This document shows positions 18,348 to 22,178 of a stretch of 22,178 nucleotides of DNA, one piece after another. Origin of the DNA: Octopus sinensis (lineage: Eukaryota); assembly GCF_006345805.1 (NCBI RefSeq), contig NW_021836911.1, positions 1 to 22,178 of the forward strand, in the 5' to 3' direction. The translations under genes were made by a program, and so were the position numbers. The first letter of the stretch is position 1, and every line of letters starts with the position of its first letter. The notes under the pieces are model-generated. The model saw nothing but the letters and a program-made list of their open reading frames with translations, ran no database searches and was not told the DNA's origin.

Positions 18348-19070
18348 TTAACATAACAAAACACGATAACGAAATAACATACGTTGAAAAGATTTCAAAG
18401 AAATGGTCTAAAGTGGCATGAAGAAAAATGTCTCTTGAAGTGCTGAGGAAGTAATTAAAATATGAATGGCGCCAATTGCTAAAAAATAGAAAATTCCAGC
18501 AAGTAACACCAGTAAGTAGAACAAGTAGGTGTCACAAAGCTTAATACTGGAGACCTTACAAAGAATAATGGCTATCCATATAGATTTACTGAAGTGATTT
18601 ACGAGTTTTTTTTGGTTGAGGGCTTTTTTGTTTTTGTTTTTGTTTTGTTTATTTTTTTGTCCTTTTTGTCTTTTTTCGACAAGTTTTTCACTCTTGGTTT
18701 TGTTTTTCACATTTCTTTTTATTATCAATTCCTCCGTAGCATTCTTGTTCTTCTTTTCACTTCATACCATTCTCTCTCTCCCCCTTTCTCCCTCCCCCCT
18801 CCTCTCTCTCTCTCTCTCTCTACATATATATATATATATATATATATACCCCTACCTCCAGCTTTTTCTACCTCTAGTTTTTCATATTTGTCTGCCTCTT
18901 TTATCTGCCAGTCCGTCTGTCTATTTATTAGACTATCAATATGTCTATTCATTATATCTATCTGTCGTTTTATCTATGTATTTATCTATCTAGCCTTCTC
19001 TCTATATCTATCGATGTGTTGTGTATATTTATTATATGTGTCACTTAATCTATCTATCTATCTATCCATT

Positions 19071-19151
<81 letters not shown>

Positions 19152-19860
19152 ACTATCTATCTATCTATCTAGCTAGCTAGCTATCTTTCTGTCTGTCTGT
19201 CTATCTATCGACCGATCTATCAATCAATCCGTCAATTTAATTATTTATTTAGCTATCTCTATCTACCACTCACTCTCTGTCCTTCCTTCCTTCCTTCCCC
19301 TTCTGTCTCTTGTTCTTTATCCATCTATCTATTTATCTTTCTACCTAACTATCTATCTATCTATCTAGCTAGCTAGCTAGCAATCTCTCTATCTGTCTAC
19401 CTACCTATCTATCAATCTATCTGTCTACTTGTCTATCTGTTTCTTTCCATACACCTACAATTTATCTACCACATAAGATGGCTACCAAGTATCAAATCTC
19501 TGCACCAATTATATTAGATCTCTTCGCTTGTCTTGTCTAACGTCCATCTTGACCTTCACACAATAGAATTGACCTTACCTAAATCTCTGACCTTGTCTGT
19601 CACCTCACATTTAGTTTCTCTTTATTTCCTTTACTTGAAACTTTCTTCTCACTTTCTGACACAATTCAAATACAAACACAAACACACACTTATAAATTTT
19701 TCTCATACGTACGTATTCTCTTGGGAATATCCTCTCTCTCTCTCTCTTTCTCTCTCTCGCTCTTTTTCCCTTCCTCTAATTCTTCCTCTCTCTATCTCTC
19801 TATCTACCTATCTATCTATTTCTCCGTCTCTCTATCTCTCTATCTACCTATCTATCCATT

Positions 19861-19917
<57 letters not shown>

Positions 19918-20306
19918 TCTCGCATATGCATACACAAACCTATACCTATACTATCGCCCTCTCTCTTTCTGTCTCCCTCTATCTATCTTCAGTTTTTCTC
20001 ACTGTATGTTTGTGTCTCTCTTTCTCTCTCACACTCTCTCCCCTCTCTCTCTCTCACACACATTTATATCGTTAATAATACTCATACATTCACACACAGT
20101 CACACTCACATGCAGTCATGCACACACACACACACACATGCACTCACGGTCTTTCATTCACAAAGACACACATACACATACGCACGCACACAAGCACACA
20201 CACGTTCAGTCAAGTCACGCACTGACACATAATCATTTATACACACGCGCACGTACGTCCACACACTCACACCCACACACATTCACACACACACCTCCAC
20301 ACACAC

Positions 20307-20337
<31 letters not shown>

Positions 20338-20345
20338 TATATAAA
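18022..20345. repeat. Extended microsatellite/low-complexity zone: (TA), (GATA), T-rich, (CT), (CTAT), (CA)
   Basis: Directly visible; short unique islands at about 18350-18600 and 19480-19720. Confidence 0.9.
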
Positions 20346-20449
20346 CCCAGTTAAGCAAACTCTTAATGACCTAGTGATAGAAGCTCTTCTGAGTGTGTTA
20401 TGTGAAATAAGTTGAAACTAAAAGGAAAGTATGATATAGTGGTTTCCAA

Positions 20450-21114
20450 CGGGGGAATGGATAAATCGATCACATCGACCCTCAGTATTCAACTGGTATT
20501 TATTTTATCAATTCGAAAAGGATGAAAAGTAGTCAACCTCAGCAGAGTTTGAACTCAGAACGTAAGGACGGACGAAATACCGCTGAGCATTTTGCCCAGC
20601 GTGCTAACGATTCTTTTCTACTCTAGGCAAAAGGCCCAAAATTTTCGGGGAGGTGCCAGTCGATTAGATCGATACCAGTACGCATCTGGTACTTAATTTA
20701 TCGACCCCGGAAAGGATGAAAGGAAAAGTCGACCTCGGTGGAATTTGAACTCAGAACGTAAAGACGGAGGAAATACCGCTAAGCATTTTGCCCAGCGAGC
20801 TAACGATTCTTTTCTACTCTAGGCGCAAGGCCCGAAATTTTCGGGGTGGTGGCCAGTCGATTAGATCGACCCCAGTACGCAACTGGTACTTAATTTATCA
20901 AACCCGAAAGGATGAAAAAAGAAGTCGACCTAGACGGAATTTGAGCTCAGATCGTAAAGACAGACGAAATACCTATTTCTTTACTACCCACAAGGGGCTA
21001 AACACAGAGGACAAACAAACGGATTAAGTCGATTACATCGACCCCAGTGCGTAACTGGTACTTATCTAATCGACCCCGTAAGGAAGAAAGGCAAAGTCGA
21101 CCTCGGCGGAATTT
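20450..21114 (-). mobile_element. Head-to-tail array of four family B SINE units (about 20450-20613, 20614-20809, 20810-20973, 20974-21114)
   Basis: TTCTTTTCTACTCTAGG recurs at 20611 and 20807 (196-bp period). Units 2 and 3 have tail type 1, unit 4 has tail type 2, and unit 1 is more diverged. Confidence 0.9.
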
Positions 21115-21131
21115 ATAGCTATCTATTTATA

Positions 21132-21256
<125 letters not shown>

Positions 21257-21827
21257 CGTGAACGAGAGAGAAGTGTGACGGAAAGAGAGAGTAAACAGAG
21301 GTGATAGATCAAAGCAGATTACATAGAAAATACCTCTGCGTCATTTTGGTTAAACACATCATTCAGATATATTCAGGTAATCCAACTGATTATTCAGCAG
21401 CTCTTACAGAGTTTAACATTTGTTCACTGGTCCCGGGTATACTGCAAATTTGTGTATGTATGAAAGTTATAATTGGTGCAAATTACATGGTGTAATATTT
21501 AGTAAAGAAAAACGAAGGTATAATTTAAAACTTCACTACAAGTGTTTTAATAACGTTGTTTAACTCAAAGACGGGTCCATTACATAACTTATTACATAAC
21601 ATTATGTACATTCATATTTTTATATACCTGTCTCTTCATCGGGTGATATTCTACCGAGTATTTTGGCAAAATATGACAAATCTATAGAGGGAAAGAACAT
21701 TTAACACAAACAGAATACAAGACAATTAGCGTATACTGGAGATATTTTATTAGATGACTAATTAGACAACTCTAATCTACAGGTAGGTTCGCTAAATGCG
21801 TGTCTTGAAAATAGTTGTTCCCGGCCT

Positions 21828-22005
21828 TGTTGTTAACCAAGATCAATCTTGATTGAATAGACAAAAGGCATTTCAGACGTGATACACACCACCTTTTCTA
21901 TGTGTAGGAAACCCAGACACTCATAATCTAATGGATCGTTTCCTAAAACGATAAATTTTGATTTCAGTGAGATTTGGATGCAATCTCTAGCGACCATATG
22001 ACCGC
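21828..22005 (-). mobile_element. Diverged interspersed repeat (working family D)
   Basis: TTGTTGTT end and AAAGGCATTTCAGACGTGA; weak similarity to 13060-13255. Confidence 0.4.
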
Positions 22006-22178
22006 TAAGTGTTTTCCGTTGGAGATGCTTCTTGTCAATTGTTGATTGCTGTAGAGTTTTCTGACGGTCGGTAGATAGGATCTTGTAATAAATGTTAATG
22101 TTAAACTATATATATATATATATAGTGTGGGTGTGTGTGTGTGTGTGTGTGTGTATGTATATATGTCTTCCTCTCTAC

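Noticed and set aside
18408-18728. Hydrophobic membrane-protein-like ORF (minus strand)
   Set aside because: Hydrophobicity follows from T-rich composition; the N-terminus is low complexity; a stop precedes the only good donor.
20450-21114. CRISPR-like or satellite array
   Set aside because: Eukaryotic context; units are ~165-200 bp SINE copies with no repeat-spacer structure.
21301-21495. 64-aa ORF in unique sequence
   Set aside because: Non-ATG start, no recognisable motif and no convincing splice boundaries.

Overview
Eukaryotic, repeat-saturated, apparently non-coding DNA (intronic or intergenic). The tRNA-derived SINE families, the dense (TA)/(TG)/(TAGA)/(CT) microsatellites and the mariner MITEs look like an octopus (coleoid cephalopod) genome; that assignment is pattern recognition, not a database result. 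No host protein-coding exon can be supported, and almost all listed ORFs are microsatellite or SINE artefacts. The only recognisable protein remnants are two mariner transposase fragments (8860-9443 and 16587-16652). The window holds at least three tRNA-headed SINE families (working names A, B, C), a Tc1-type MITE, a mariner MITE, a probable hAT MITE and a ~700 bp foldback with ~95% identical arms. The most interesting signal is four short related elements, three clearly flanked by (TA)n, each carrying a minimal type I hammerhead-ribozyme fold of the Penelope-like-element kind. Three co-oriented copies within 1.9 kb share a non-canonical core (CUGUUGA, A6U). A second pattern is that SINE-B units repeatedly join head-to-tail at the same nucleotide of the SINE-B head.
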